DNA of 64,000 nt from Thermodesulfobacteriota bacterium (GCA_965226585.1 OZ245366.1:928001-992000), one strand, 5' to 3'; shown: positions 37,601 through 47,296, counted from the stretch's first letter. Notes: a model not told the origin generated them from the sequence alone. Numbers and translations are program-made.

Positions 37601-39548
37601 TCTTTGCTATCTTGATTGTGGGAGCGATGGGGCTTCCGTCTTTGTTTTTCCACTCCTGCAGTTTCTGATAGATGAACGGCCTGAAAAGTTCAAGCGCCAT
37701 CTGTTTGGGAAGTCCGCACTGATGGAGTTTCAGGTCGGGACCAACCGTTATGACAGAACGCCCGGAGTAGTCAACCCTCTTTCCAAGAAGGTTCTGGCGG
37801 AATCTTCCGCTTTTGCCCTTGATAATGTCCGTCAAACTTTTGAGCGGACGGTGGTTGTGTCCCAGAACGGGGCTTCCTCTTCTCCCGTTTTCAAACAGGG
37901 CGTCAACCGCCTCCTGAAGCATCCTCTTCTCGTTCCTGACGATAATGTCCGGAGCGTCAAGTTCCTGAAGTCTTTTCAGCCTGTTGTTTCTGTTGATAAT
38001 CCTTCTGTAGAGAACATTCAGGTCTGAAGTCGCGAAACGCCCTCCGTGCGGAACAAGCGGACGCAGGTCCGGCGGGAGCACGGGAATGGTTGTCAAAACC
38101 ATCCATTCGGGGCGGTTGTTTGACTTGCGAAAAGTCTCGCAAATTTTGCGCCTTTTCGCTATTTTTCCCTTCTTGAGCGGCGAACTGGATTCCTGCATCT
38201 CAGTTTTCAGTTCTTCGGAAAGCGCCTTCAAATCAGTGCTTTTCAGCATGTTGTAAATAGCTTCCGCGCCCATGCCGTATGTGTAGTCAACCACGAACTC
38301 ATCATCGGCTTTGGCAAGAATCTCTATTTCCTCACCCGTAAAGGTTGAGTTTTTTATCATTTTGTTGAGGTCGTCCTGAGACTTTTTCATCTCCGCCTTT
38401 GTCCTTTCAAGGCTCTCATGGGCGGACTTCAGATGAGGCGGAACCTCTTCGCCTTCAGCTTCAACTTTTTTCAGATGTTTTTCAGCCTCTTTCAGGGCTT
38501 TCCTCATGGCGGCGTGCTCTTTCTTGCCGTCTCCCTTGAGAAGGTTGTCGCGAGACGCGCTCACAGCGTCTGAGCCGGAAATGGCTTTAAACGCTTCCTG
38601 TATTTTCTTGTCGCTTGAGGGCAGTTCCTCAAGTCCGAGGGCTTTGTAGTCAGCCGCGAATTTGCTTTCAAACTCTTTTTTCACAGAGTTGACGGCGTCT
38701 TTCGCGTCTTTAAGTTTTCCGCCCTTTTTTGTGTCTTCAGATTCAGACACTTTGGCGTCGTAAGCGGTGCGCTCTTTCGCGATTTTCTCTTTCGCGCTGA
38801 GAAACGAAGCCACAATTCTCTTCGCGTCCATTGCGGACACTCCCGTTTTTCCGGACATAATGCCCTGAAGCGAAAACTTTGTCGCCACTTCTGCCGGAAT
38901 CAGATGTTTGTACCAGCAGTCTTTCACCAGAAACATCTCTTCCTCACCCATAAGCAGATGCGTCAGGCGTTCCGCCTCTTCAGCGGTTTCAAGTTGGGAG
39001 GATACGTCTCCGGGCAGTCCTTTGAGAGATGATATAACGTATTCCGCCTCTCTGAGTCTGGAAAGTTCTTCTTCTGTGAGGGTCTGTCCCATTTTCAGGG
39101 AAGATGTTCCCGGGTCTATTACGGCGTGAGACTCGTAGTAGAGAACCCTGTCAAGGTCTCTGAGGCTCATGTCAAGTATCATTCCGATACGGCTGGGCGT
39201 ACTGCGGAGAAACCATATGTGGACAACGGGCGAAGCGAGGTCTATGTGCGCCATTCTTTCGCGCCTGAGTTTGGAGGTTGTAACCTCAACGCCGCATTTT
39301 TCGCAGACAATCCCTCTGTGTTTCAGCCTTTTGTACTTTCCGCACGCGCACTCGTAGTCTTTTACGGGTCCGAATATTTTTGGGCAGAACAGGCCGTTTT
39401 TCTCCGGCTTGAACGTTCTGTAGTTTATCGTTTCGGGCTTCTTGACCTCTCCGTGAGACCACGATTTTATGGCTTCAGGAGACGCTATTGATATCTGAAC
39501 CCCGGAGTAGTTGTCCGATTTATCTTTTACTATATCTTCAAAATCCAT
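34665..39548 (-). CDS. rpoC: RNA polymerase beta-prime subunit with ~250-aa lineage-specific insertion
   Basis: KKPETINYRT, Zn ribbon, NADFDGDQMA, GEPGTQLTMRTFH. Confidence 0.99.
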   Translation of the reverse strand: MDFEDIVKDKSDNYSGVQISIASPEAIKSWSHGEVKKPETINYRTFKPEKNGLFCPKIFGPVKDYECACGKYKRLKHRGIVCEKCGVEVTTSKLRRERMAHIDLASPVVHIWFLRSTPSRIGMILDMSLRDLDRVLYYESHAVIDPGTSSLKMGQTLTEEELSRLREAEYVISSLKGLPGDVSSQLETAEEAERLTHLLMGEEEMFLVKDCWYKHLIPAEVATKFSLQGIMSGKTGVSAMDAKRIVASFLSAKEKIAKERTAYDAKVSESEDTKKGGKLKDAKDAVNSVKKEFESKFAADYKALGLEELPSSDKKIQEAFKAISGSDAVSASRDNLLKGDGKKEHAAMRKALKEAEKHLKKVEAEGEEVPPHLKSAHESLERTKAEMKKSQDDLNKMIKNSTFTGEEIEILAKADDEFVVDYTYGMGAEAIYNMLKSTDLKALSEELKTEMQESSSPLKKGKIAKRRKICETFRKSNNRPEWMVLTTIPVLPPDLRPLVPHGGRFATSDLNVLYRRIINRNNRLKRLQELDAPDIIVRNEKRMLQEAVDALFENGRRGSPVLGHNHRPLKSLTDIIKGKSGRFRQNLLGKRVDYSGRSVITVGPDLKLHQCGLPKQMALELFRPFIYQKLQEWKNKDGSPIAPTIKIAKKFVETSSPVVWDALDDVIKEHMVMLNRAPTLHKLSIQAFEPVLVEDRSIRVHPLVCPAYNADFDGDQMAVHVPLSVEAQTECRTLVMSTNNILSPAHGKPVILPTQDIVLGIYYMTKDSAHSKGDGKYLSSPEEVIMAYNSGYLGIHARIKVKIKADTVETTVGRVILYHEAIPESLPFDLVNKPMSKHEVEGLVDTCFRMKGGKETVVMADRIRTLGFKYATKSGISISINDMEIPGNKERLVEQARKEEEKVREQHSQGLITDGERYNKIVDIWSKTSDEVADEMMENIKFDTVSDESGEEKHGSSSNPIYMMIDSGARGSKTQVRQLAGMRGLMARPDGTIIEKPITSNFREGMKVMDYFISTHGARKGLADTALKTANAGHLTRKLIDVAHDIIVTEENCRTIEGLLYTNIVEGGKVRERVGDRVLGRVVLDDLKDPDTGETIVKGGEEIDNEAADKINASSISEIKIRSVLTCDTEEGICRLCYGRNLSTGKIVDIGEAVGIMAAQSIGEPGTQLTMRTFHIGGAASQSAMQNTLENNYAGIIKMSSLETVETGGVLIVTNRNGRVSVVDDKGYERENHKLELGSRLKVKDGEKVKEKTLLAEWDPYTTPIISETSGTVKWEDLESGITLKEQVDEVTGMLEKVVIETKNTKLKPRIVLLKGGATSANRDSLQSEDLPTGAIIEKSDGEEVKPGDIIAKIPKETAKTKDITGGLPRVAELFEARIPKDLAIVSEIDGNVSFGDDFKGKRRVFVQPKIGEKKEYIVPRGEHILVRGGDFVVAGEKLVDGDENPHDILKIKGEKALSEFLVNEIQEVYKLQGVRINDKHIEVIVRQMLKRVKIKDPGDTTMLPGEPVSKTLFHKENSEVEEQDGKPATAEPLLLGITRSSLSTESWLSAASFQETTKILTEAACEGKEDKLKGLKENVIIGKLIPAGTGLDVYRNITIDKEEEEIVSVPLVEETKSENLTEKPGV

Positions 39549-39566
39549 TGTGCTTACAGCCTCCTG

Positions 39567-42500
39567 TTATTTTTCCGCCCTTGTTTCATTTTCTTCGCCT
39601 GAGTCTGGAGTCAGTTCTATCTGCAGTCCGAGAGATTGAAGCTCTTTTCTGAGAACGTTGAAAGATTCGGGAAGTCCCGGATCAAGCGACATTTTCCCTT
39701 CAACAATTGACGCGAACATTTTTGTTCTTCCGGCAACGTCATCAGACTTGACGGTAAGAAACTCCTGAAGTGTGTGCGCCGCGCCGTATGCCTCAAGAGC
39801 CCACACTTCCATCTCTCCAAGTCTCTGTCCGCCGAAGTGCGCTTTTCCTCCGAGCGGCTGCTGGGTGACAAGAGAGTACGGACCTATTGAACGCGCGTGT
39901 ATTTTCTCTTCAACCAGATGGTGGAGTTTCAGCATATACATAATTCCCACCGTAACTTTCTGGTCGAACGGCTCGCCCGTAAGCCCGTCAAACAGGATTG
40001 TTTTCCCGTCATCGGAAAGCTCGGCGAGTTCCATAAATTTCTTTATCTCCTCTTCCTTTGCTCCGTCAAAAACGGGCGAAGAAACCGGAACACCGTTTTT
40101 GAGAGACACGATAAAATCGCGCACCTGCCCGGCGCTCATTTTGTCTATAAAAGAGGTGTCCACACAGCCCTTTGTGTAGACCTCTTTCAACTTGCTCTTT
40201 ATGGCGTCCGCGCTGTAATTTTTCTCTATGTGTTCGTTTATCTGCTTTCCAATCACCTTGCTTGCCCAGCCGAGGTGAGTTTCCAGCACCTGCCCCACGT
40301 TCATCCTTGAAGGAACTCCGAGCGGGTTCAGAACCATGTCAACGGGGGTTCCGTCTTCCATGTAGGGCATGTCTTCCTGAGGAAGTATCTTTGATATAAC
40401 GCCCTTGTTTCCGTGCCGCCCCGCCATTTTGTCTCCGACCTGCAGGTTCATCTTCACCGCAACGTAGACCTTGACGGTTTTCAGAACTCCCGGAGGAAGG
40501 TCGTCTTTCTGCTCAAGTTTTTTCTTCTTGTCCTCGTATTTGGCTTGAAGCGTCTCTATCTGCTCTTCGCAGAGAGCAACTGTTTCTTTGACCTGAGCAA
40601 GCAGGGTTTTCGGCTCAACCTTGATGCTTTTCGCGCCTTCAAGAGACAGAAGCCGCACAGATTCTTGAGTGAACGCCTCGCCTTTTGAGATAACTTTTGA
40701 ACCCTTCACCGTGATGTTCGCGGACGCTTTTTTGCCCTTCAGAACAGACGCTATGTAGTCAAGCGCGCTCTGCTCAAGAATGCTTTTCTCGTATTGAGTC
40801 GCCTGGCTTATTTTGTCAATTTCTTTTATCTCAATCTCTTTCGCTCTCGCGCTTTTCTCCTCAACCGAGCGCGATGTGAGCACCTTAACGTCTATGACCG
40901 TTCCGGCTATTGAAGAGTGGCTTTTCAGGGAAGTGTCTTTCACGTCTCTTGCCTTGTCGCCGAATATTGCCCGCAGAAGTTTTTCTTCCTGCGAAAGCTG
41001 CATCTCGCCCTTGGGAGATATTTTGCCGACAAGTATGTCGCCCATATTGACCGTGGCTCCAACACGGACTATGCCGCTATCGTCAAGATTCTTGAGCGCG
41101 TCTTCTCCAACATTTGGAATGTCGCGGGTTATCTCTTCCCTGCCAAGTTTTGTTTCTCTCGCCTGACACTCAAACTCCTCTATGTGCACGGAGGTGAATA
41201 CGTTGTCTTTTACGATTCTTTCACTGATAAGTATCGCGTCCTCAAAGTTGTATCCCCCCCACGGCATAAACGCCACCATGATGTTCTGCCCGAGCGCAAG
41301 TTCGCCGTTTTTGGTTGAGGGACCGTCCGCGATGACCTGCCCTTTCTTGATTTTCTGCCCTTTGGAAACGATGGGCGTCTGGTTCCAGCATGTGCCCTGA
41401 TTGGACTTGTGGAACTTTATCATTTTGTATATCTCAACGCCCATGCCCGCAGAGTCAGATTTTTTGTCTTTGTTATTCCTCACGACTATAACCTCGGCGT
41501 CTGAGTGGATGACCTCTCCGTCCGCCTTTGCTATAACCGCAACTCCCGAGTCTCTGGCAACCGAAGATTCAAGCCCGGTTCCCACAAGCGGAGAGTTCGC
41601 CCTTATGAGGGGAGCCGCCTGCCTCTGCATGTTCGAGCCCATAAGAGCCCTGTTCGCGTCATCATGCTCAAGGAACGGTATGAGAGACGCGGAGATGGAA
41701 ACAAGCTGGGAAGGCGAAACGTCCATGTGCGTAACTTTTTCCTTCTCCACCATTTTTATTTCGCCCTCAGAGCGGGAGGAAACAAAGTCCAGCATGAACT
41801 TGCCGTTCCCGTCAAGAGGTGCGTTTGCCTGAGCGATAACGATGTCTTTCTCTTCCTCTTCCAGAGCGCTCATTTTTACTATTTTGTCCGTCACCTTCCC
41901 GCTCTCAACGATACGGTACGGGGCTCTGATGAAGCCGTAGTTGTCAATCTCGGCATAGGTACTGATGCTTGAAATAAGCCCGATGTTCGGACCCTCAGGC
42001 GTTTCAACGGGGCAGATTCTTCCGTAGTGGGAAGAGTGCACGTCTCTTACCGCAAAGCCCGCTCTTTCTCTTGTCAGACCTTTGGGTCCCAGAGCGCTGA
42101 GGCGTCTTTTGTGTGTTATCTCAGACAGCGGGTTCGTCTGATCCATAAACTGCGAAAGCTGTCCGGTTTTGAAAAAGTCTTTCACTATCGTGTCCACGAC
42201 CTTCGGAACAACTATCTCTCTGGGCATTTTGTTCTCTATGCTCTGATACCCGATTCTCTCTTTTACGGAACGCGCAAATCTCTCAAGACCGCTGTAAAAA
42301 GTTTCCTCTATCAGTTCGCCGACCGTTTTAACCCTGCGGTTGCCCAGATGGTCGATGTCATCCGCAGACCTGCGTCCGCCTTTGAGTTCAAGCAGATATT
42401 TCAGGGTTTGGATTATGTCCTCTCTTTTGAGCACAAGGATGTCTTCATCAACGTTGTGCTTTAGTTTGTAGTTCAGTTTCTTTCTGCCGACTTGCGAAAG

Positions 42501-44009
42501 CCTGTATTTTGAAGGATTGAAAAACATGTCGGTGAAGAAAGTCCTCGCGGCTTCCCTGCTTGGCGGATCGGTGGGACGGAACTTTCTGTATATCTCGGCA
42601 ATTGCCCCGTCACAGAAAACATCCGTGTCCGCTCCGATGTCCGCAAATCTTTTCCTTATAACTTCCAGATGGTCGGGAGACAGCTCCTCAACCCACGCCT
42701 CGTCTTCTTCTTTTTCTTTGAGTTTGAGCGTGTAGTTTGACTTGGAAAGGCTTGCCAGCATTTTTGAAAACTTCGCCTTGTCCGCCTTGTTCCGTCTTAT
42801 TCCCAGCGCGAAGGTTGTGTTCACTTCGTCACCGTAAACCCGTTTCTCTTCAATCAGGGTTTCAGCGATGGAAGACGATACGGAGATGTCGTCCGTGTAG
42901 TAGAAAGAGACAGTTTCAATTTGCGCTTCTCTCATGGCGCGCAAGGTATCTTCCGTTATCTTTTCCCCGAAGCGCGTTACCACTTCACCCGTGCTTTTGT
43001 CAACGATGCTTTCAGAGCCGGCATACACTTTGTCAATCAGTTCGGAATCGCTCTCAAGCGGGATGGCGTTTATCTTGTTCTTTTTCAGGATTTCTATAAC
43101 CCTTTTGGTGAACTTTCTGCCTTTCTTGTGAATAAGCTCGCCGCCCTTTTTGATGTCCGCCGAGCTTTTCTGATAGATGATGGTCTCAGGGTTTATCTTT
43201 TTCGAGATGCCGCCGCCCTTTTCAAACTTGACAGTTTCAACATCGTAGAAAAGGTTCAGTATGTTTCTTTCGGTGTAGCCGAGGGCTTTGAGAAACAGCG
43301 TAACGACAAACTTTTTTCTGCGGTCAATGCGGACGTTGAGAAAGTTTTTTGAATCAAAATCAAAATCCAGCCACCTGCCGTCTTTGGGTATCACCCTTGC
43401 CACAAAAGATTCTTTTGTGGAAGAGCGAGCCTGCTCTCCGGGTTTGGGCCCGTCGAACAGAACACCCGGAGAACGGTGTATCTGGTTCACTATCACCCTT
43501 TCGGCTCCGCCTATGATGAAAGAGCCGTTGTCTGTCATTCTGGGAATTTCGCCGAAATAGACGTCCTGCTCGGTTACTTCTTTTATGTCGCCGCTTCCGT
43601 CTTCCTCAAACACTATCAGGCGCAGGGTAACGTAGAGGGAAACTGTGTAGTCATAGCCTTTAAGTCTGCATTCGGTTTCGTCAAACTTCGGCTGAAGGTC
43701 GTATACTTCGTGCCCATTTTTGTCTTTTACGGGTCTGCCGTCTTCGTCAAGCACCCTCTGACCGAGGCTGTAATGCTCAAAGTCCAGAGAGGTTTTTTCA
43801 CCGTAATTGTCTATGGGGAATATCGCCTTGAAAACCGCCTGCAGTCCGTGGTTTTCCCTTTCCCCTCTTTTCTCCGGTTCCACGTCTTTCTGCAGAAACC
43901 TTTTGTAGGATTCCGTCTGAACATTCAGGAGGTTGGGAATGTCCTGAATCGCGGGTATTTTGGAGAAACTTACCCTTCTTTTTTCACTGTCAACCGTTTG
44001 AGAATTCAA
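39567..44009 (-). CDS. rpoB: RNA polymerase beta subunit
   Basis: QLSQFMDQTNPL, GDKMAGRHGNKG, GQRLGEMEVWALEAYGA. Probable TTG start at 44009 (track gives 44042). Confidence 0.99.
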   Translation of the reverse strand: MNSQTVDSEKRRVSFSKIPAIQDIPNLLNVQTESYKRFLQKDVEPEKRGERENHGLQAVFKAIFPIDNYGEKTSLDFEHYSLGQRVLDEDGRPVKDKNGHEVYDLQPKFDETECRLKGYDYTVSLYVTLRLIVFEEDGSGDIKEVTEQDVYFGEIPRMTDNGSFIIGGAERVIVNQIHRSPGVLFDGPKPGEQARSSTKESFVARVIPKDGRWLDFDFDSKNFLNVRIDRRKKFVVTLFLKALGYTERNILNLFYDVETVKFEKGGGISKKINPETIIYQKSSADIKKGGELIHKKGRKFTKRVIEILKKNKINAIPLESDSELIDKVYAGSESIVDKSTGEVVTRFGEKITEDTLRAMREAQIETVSFYYTDDISVSSSIAETLIEEKRVYGDEVNTTFALGIRRNKADKAKFSKMLASLSKSNYTLKLKEKEEDEAWVEELSPDHLEVIRKRFADIGADTDVFCDGAIAEIYRKFRPTDPPSREAARTFFTDMFFNPSKYRLSQVGRKKLNYKLKHNVDEDILVLKREDIIQTLKYLLELKGGRRSADDIDHLGNRRVKTVGELIEETFYSGLERFARSVKERIGYQSIENKMPREIVVPKVVDTIVKDFFKTGQLSQFMDQTNPLSEITHKRRLSALGPKGLTRERAGFAVRDVHSSHYGRICPVETPEGPNIGLISSISTYAEIDNYGFIRAPYRIVESGKVTDKIVKMSALEEEEKDIVIAQANAPLDGNGKFMLDFVSSRSEGEIKMVEKEKVTHMDVSPSQLVSISASLIPFLEHDDANRALMGSNMQRQAAPLIRANSPLVGTGLESSVARDSGVAVIAKADGEVIHSDAEVIVVRNNKDKKSDSAGMGVEIYKMIKFHKSNQGTCWNQTPIVSKGQKIKKGQVIADGPSTKNGELALGQNIMVAFMPWGGYNFEDAILISERIVKDNVFTSVHIEEFECQARETKLGREEITRDIPNVGEDALKNLDDSGIVRVGATVNMGDILVGKISPKGEMQLSQEEKLLRAIFGDKARDVKDTSLKSHSSIAGTVIDVKVLTSRSVEEKSARAKEIEIKEIDKISQATQYEKSILEQSALDYIASVLKGKKASANITVKGSKVISKGEAFTQESVRLLSLEGAKSIKVEPKTLLAQVKETVALCEEQIETLQAKYEDKKKKLEQKDDLPPGVLKTVKVYVAVKMNLQVGDKMAGRHGNKGVISKILPQEDMPYMEDGTPVDMVLNPLGVPSRMNVGQVLETHLGWASKVIGKQINEHIEKNYSADAIKSKLKEVYTKGCVDTSFIDKMSAGQVRDFIVSLKNGVPVSSPVFDGAKEEEIKKFMELAELSDDGKTILFDGLTGEPFDQKVTVGIMYMLKLHHLVEEKIHARSIGPYSLVTQQPLGGKAHFGGQRLGEMEVWALEAYGAAHTLQEFLTVKSDDVAGRTKMFASIVEGKMSLDPGLPESFNVLRKELQSLGLQIELTPDSGEENETRAEK

Positions 44010-44109
44010 TATAAAAAAGCCCTCCGGAGCAAGCGCGCGCAAACGTTTCCGCTGCGTGCGCGAAACACACCAATTTCAAAACCACAGACAAAACTGCCCG
44101 CCGCAACCG

Positions 44110-44505
44110 TCAGCTCAGTTCCACGGTCGCGCCGGCTTCTTCGAATTTCTTCTTAAATTCTTCCGCTTCGTCCTTTTTCAGCCCTTCTTTTATAAGCTTG
44201 GGAGCACCCTCAACAAGCTCTTTGGACTCTTTGAGTCCCAGGGATGTAATTTCCCTGACGACCTTGATAACCTGAATTTTGTTTTCCCCTGATTCTTTCA
44301 GGGTAATGCCGAATTCAGTTTTCTCAGCGCCTCCGGCGGCATCTTCTCCGCCCTGAGCGCCAGCCGCGGGAGCCGCCGCCACTGCGATCTGAGGAGCCGC
44401 TTTTATGTCAAACTTCTCCTCTATCTCCTTTATGAGCTCGGATATCTCCATCATGCTCGCTTTTTCAAGGTAGTTAATTACCTCTTCTTTGGTCAAATCA
44501 GCCAT
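44110..44505 (-). CDS. rplL: 50S ribosomal protein L7/L12
   Basis: [23 protein letters not shown]. Confidence 0.98.
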   Translation of the reverse strand: MADLTKEEVINYLEKASMMEISELIKEIEEKFDIKAAPQIAVAAAPAAGAQGGEDAAGGAEKTEFGITLKESGENKIQVIKVVREITSLGLKESKELVEGAPKLIKEGLKKDEAEEFKKKFEEAGATVELS

Positions 44506-45217
44506 CGCTGTTTTCCTCCTTTTGTTTTTTATTATCTGAAGATTCTTCTTCCGTTGCCTTTGCCTCTTCCGCCGGAGAGTTTTCCGCCGCCTTCACTTCA
44601 CTTTCACCCTCTGCGGGTTTTTCCGCGTCCTCTTTCTTATCTTCCGCCTTCGCTTCTTTTGTTTCTTCTTTTCCGATATCTTCCGCTTTTTCTTCCCCGC
44701 CGTCCTTTGTCTGCTTCAGCGCTTCAAGACCGAACAGCAGTTTGGAGCGCATCTGCTCCAGAGAGTTCGCAAAGTTTGACATCGGTGTGGCGAGAACGGA
44801 TGCGAACATTGATATAAGTATCTGTCTTGAAGGCAGTTTTGATATCTTTTCAATCTCTTCCGCTCCGCACACTTTGCCTTCAACAATTCCGCCTTTAATG
44901 AGGAGTTTTTCAAACTCTTTCCGCGCTTCGGTGAAAACCTTTGCCGTTGCCGGGGATTCCTGACCGCATATTGCTATCGCGGTAGGACCCTGAAAAAGAT
45001 CTTTTATTTTCTCAACTTCAGTGCCTTCACACGCCTTGACGAGAAACTTGTTTTTGATAACCCGCAGTTCGGCGTCCGTCTTTTTGACCTGTCTTCTTAC
45101 AGACTGCATGGATTTCACGTCAAGCCCTCTGTATTCAATCACAAGAACTGAAACCGGATTCTGAAAAATGCCGGCAAGTTCGTCTATGATTTTCTTTTTG
45201 TCTTCTTTCTGCTGCAT
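44498..45217 (-). CDS. rplJ: 50S ribosomal protein L10 with acidic C-terminal extension
   Basis: EYRGL, V.KN, GPTAIA, KGG, LPSR. Position in operon. Confidence 0.95.
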   Translation of the reverse strand: MQQKEDKKKIIDELAGIFQNPVSVLVIEYRGLDVKSMQSVRRQVKKTDAELRVIKNKFLVKACEGTEVEKIKDLFQGPTAIAICGQESPATAKVFTEARKEFEKLLIKGGIVEGKVCGAEEIEKISKLPSRQILISMFASVLATPMSNFANSLEQMRSKLLFGLEALKQTKDGGEEKAEDIGKEETKEAKAEDKKEDAEKPAEGESEVKAAENSPAEEAKATEEESSDNKKQKEENSDG

Positions 45218-45943
45218 TTATACAACGCTCTCAAAACTTTTGATTTCTTCCTTCATGTTTGCCAAGTCAATTTTAACTGAAGGTCCCATCGTGTTTGATA
45301 TGCTCACCTTTCTGAAAAACTCTCCTTTTGAGGATGATGGTTTCATCTTTTTCAGCCAGGAGAGAATGAAGAGCAGGTTTTCCTTTATTCTGGGAGACTC
45401 GAATGAGCTCTTTCCCACAACCGTGTGAACAACACTGCCTTTGTCGTTTTTAACCTCTATCCTTCCGCCTTTTGACTGCTTTACGATTTTCGCTATGTCG
45501 TTTGTCACCGTGCCCATTTTCGGCGCGGGCATCAAACCCCTGGGACCCAGAAACTTGCCCAGTTTCCCGACTTCCGCCATAACATCCGGAGTTGCAATCG
45601 CGACATCAAAATCAAGCCAGTTTTCTTTCTGTATCTTTTCCACAATATCTTCCAGCCCCGCATAGTCTGCCCCGGCTTCTTTTGCTTCTGCGGCTTTTTC
45701 CTCTTTTGCGAAAACCAGAACTTTGAGGTTTTTGCCCGTGCCTTGAGGCAGAACAAAAGAACCCCTTATCTGCTGGTCGGCTTGTTTGGGGTCAACGCCG
45801 AGTTTGACCGCCAGATCGACGGATTCGTCAAACTTTGCCGATGCTGTGCTCGAAATAAACCCGACTGCGTCATCCAGAGTGTACATAGACTCTCTGTCAA
45901 ACTTGTCGCACAACTCGCTGTATCTTTTACCTTTTTTTGCCAT
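45218..45943 (-). CDS. rplA: 50S ribosomal protein L1
   Basis: AKFDESV, LGPRGLMP.PK.GT, S.TMGP. Confidence 0.98.
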   Translation of the reverse strand: MAKKGKRYSELCDKFDRESMYTLDDAVGFISSTASAKFDESVDLAVKLGVDPKQADQQIRGSFVLPQGTGKNLKVLVFAKEEKAAEAKEAGADYAGLEDIVEKIQKENWLDFDVAIATPDVMAEVGKLGKFLGPRGLMPAPKMGTVTNDIAKIVKQSKGGRIEVKNDKGSVVHTVVGKSSFESPRIKENLLFILSWLKKMKPSSSKGEFFRKVSISNTMGPSVKIDLANMKEEIKSFESVV

Positions 45944-45952
45944 TGGTCAGTC

Positions 45953-46375
45953 CTAGTTTACATCAATTCCCATGCTTTTCGCGCTTCCGATGATAATATT
46001 TCTGGCAGACTCAATAGTGTCCGCATTCAGGTCTTGCATCTTCTTTTCCGCTATTTCGTCAATCTGTTTCATCGTAACCGACCCGACTTTTTCTCTCGGA
46101 ACGTTTGAAGACCCTTTTTTCACCTTTGCCGCATTCTTCAAAAAGTACGAAACGGGCGGCGCTTTAATCTCAAGGGAGAAGGTTTTGTCCTTGTAAACCG
46201 TTATCACAACGGGAAGCAAGCCTTCTTTACCGTTGGTTTCAGCGTTAAAAGCCTTGCAGAACTCCATTATGTTTATCCCCTTCTGTCCGAGAGCCGGACT
46301 GATTTGCGGGGACGGAGCGGCTTTGCCCGCCGGAACAAGCAGTTTCAGGTAACCGTCTATCTCTTTTGTGCTCAC
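45953..46375 (-). CDS. rplK: 50S ribosomal protein L11
   Basis: [33 protein letters not shown]. Confidence 0.98.
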   Translation of the reverse strand: MSTKEIDGYLKLLVPAGKAAPSPQISPALGQKGINIMEFCKAFNAETNGKEGLLPVVITVYKDKTFSLEIKAPPVSYFLKNAAKVKKGSSNVPREKVGSVTMKQIDEIAEKKMQDLNADTIESARNIIIGSAKSMGIDVN

Positions 46376-46974
46376 ATCTGCTCCACCTGATTAAAGTCCA
46401 GCTCTATCGGGGTTGACCTCCCGAATATGCTGACCGAAACCAGAACTCTTTCTTTTTCCATGTTTATCTCTCTAATCACGCCGGACAGGTTGGCAAACGG
46501 ACCCTCAATAACTTTGACGGTCTCGCCCTGCTCAAACGATATCTTGAGTTTGGGCTTAAGCGTGCCTTCCTGAATCTGCTTTTTGATGCTCTCAACCTCT
46601 TTCTCGTCAATTGAAGAGATTGAGTCCGGGTCTATTCTTCCGCCTCTCATCTCCTCGCCGACAAAGCCGTTCACTCTTGGCACATCCTTTATGAAGTGCC
46701 ATGTCTGTTCCTGCATCTCCATATTCACAAACACATAGCCGGGGAAGAACATCTTTTCCGAGATTTTCTGCTTACCGTCTTTTTTGGACTCAACCAGAGT
46801 CTCGATGGGAAGCAGAACTTCTCCTATCGGCAAATCCCCGCCCGAAGCTTCCTTTTTTTGATCTAAAAAAGATTTCACTTTTTTCTCATGCCCCGTGCTT
46901 ACCTGCACTGCGTACCATTTTTTCCCGTTAGATCCCATATTCTTTTTTCCATCCGGCATTCCCGCCTTACACAA
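46372..46974 (-). CDS. nusG: Transcription termination/antitermination factor NusG
   Basis: WYAVQV..G.E.KV, FFPGYV, KOW GPFA, SIFGR.TP.EL. True start is possibly about 46939. Confidence 0.97.
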   Translation of the reverse strand: MCKAGMPDGKKNMGSNGKKWYAVQVSTGHEKKVKSFLDQKKEASGGDLPIGEVLLPIETLVESKKDGKQKISEKMFFPGYVFVNMEMQEQTWHFIKDVPRVNGFVGEEMRGGRIDPDSISSIDEKEVESIKKQIQEGTLKPKLKISFEQGETVKVIEGPFANLSGVIREINMEKERVLVSVSIFGRSTPIELDFNQVEQM

Positions 46975-47161
46975 GTATCAAGCGAATCAGGCTGGAGAAC
47001 AGGTAGTCGGCAACCGCCAGCACAACCGTGAACAAAACCGACACGGCAAGCACCACAACAGTTGACTTTACGGTGCCGGCGCGGTCAGGCCACGATATCT
47101 TCCAGAACTCAATCTCAACATCTTTCAGATATTGAACCGCCTTTCTCACATATCCCTGCAA
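46967..47161 (-). CDS. secE: Preprotein translocase SecE
   Basis: E..KISWP followed by one TM, between tRNA-Trp and nusG. Confidence 0.93.
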   Translation of the reverse strand: MQGYVRKAVQYLKDVEIEFWKISWPDRAGTVKSTVVVLAVSVLFTVVLAVADYLFSSLIRLILV

Positions 47162-47196
47162 CTTCCTACCTATGTCGACAAACGGCCAACAAACAA

Positions 47197-47270
47197 CAGG
47201 GCAGGAGGGAATCGAACCCCCAACCGGCGGTTTTGGAGACCGCTGCTCTGCCTAATTGAGCTACTGCCCT
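47197..47270 (-). tRNA. tRNA-Trp(CCA)
   Basis: AGGGCAGTAGCTCAA...CT CCA AA...GGTTCGATTCC. Confidence 0.96.
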
Positions 47271-47296
47271 AAACCAAACACCCTCGTTGTTCCGCT

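Noticed and set aside
38290..39040. RpoC insertion as an intein
   Set aside because: No Cys/Ser-start Hint block, no terminal His-Asn and no LAGLIDADG motif. The composition is coiled-coil-like.
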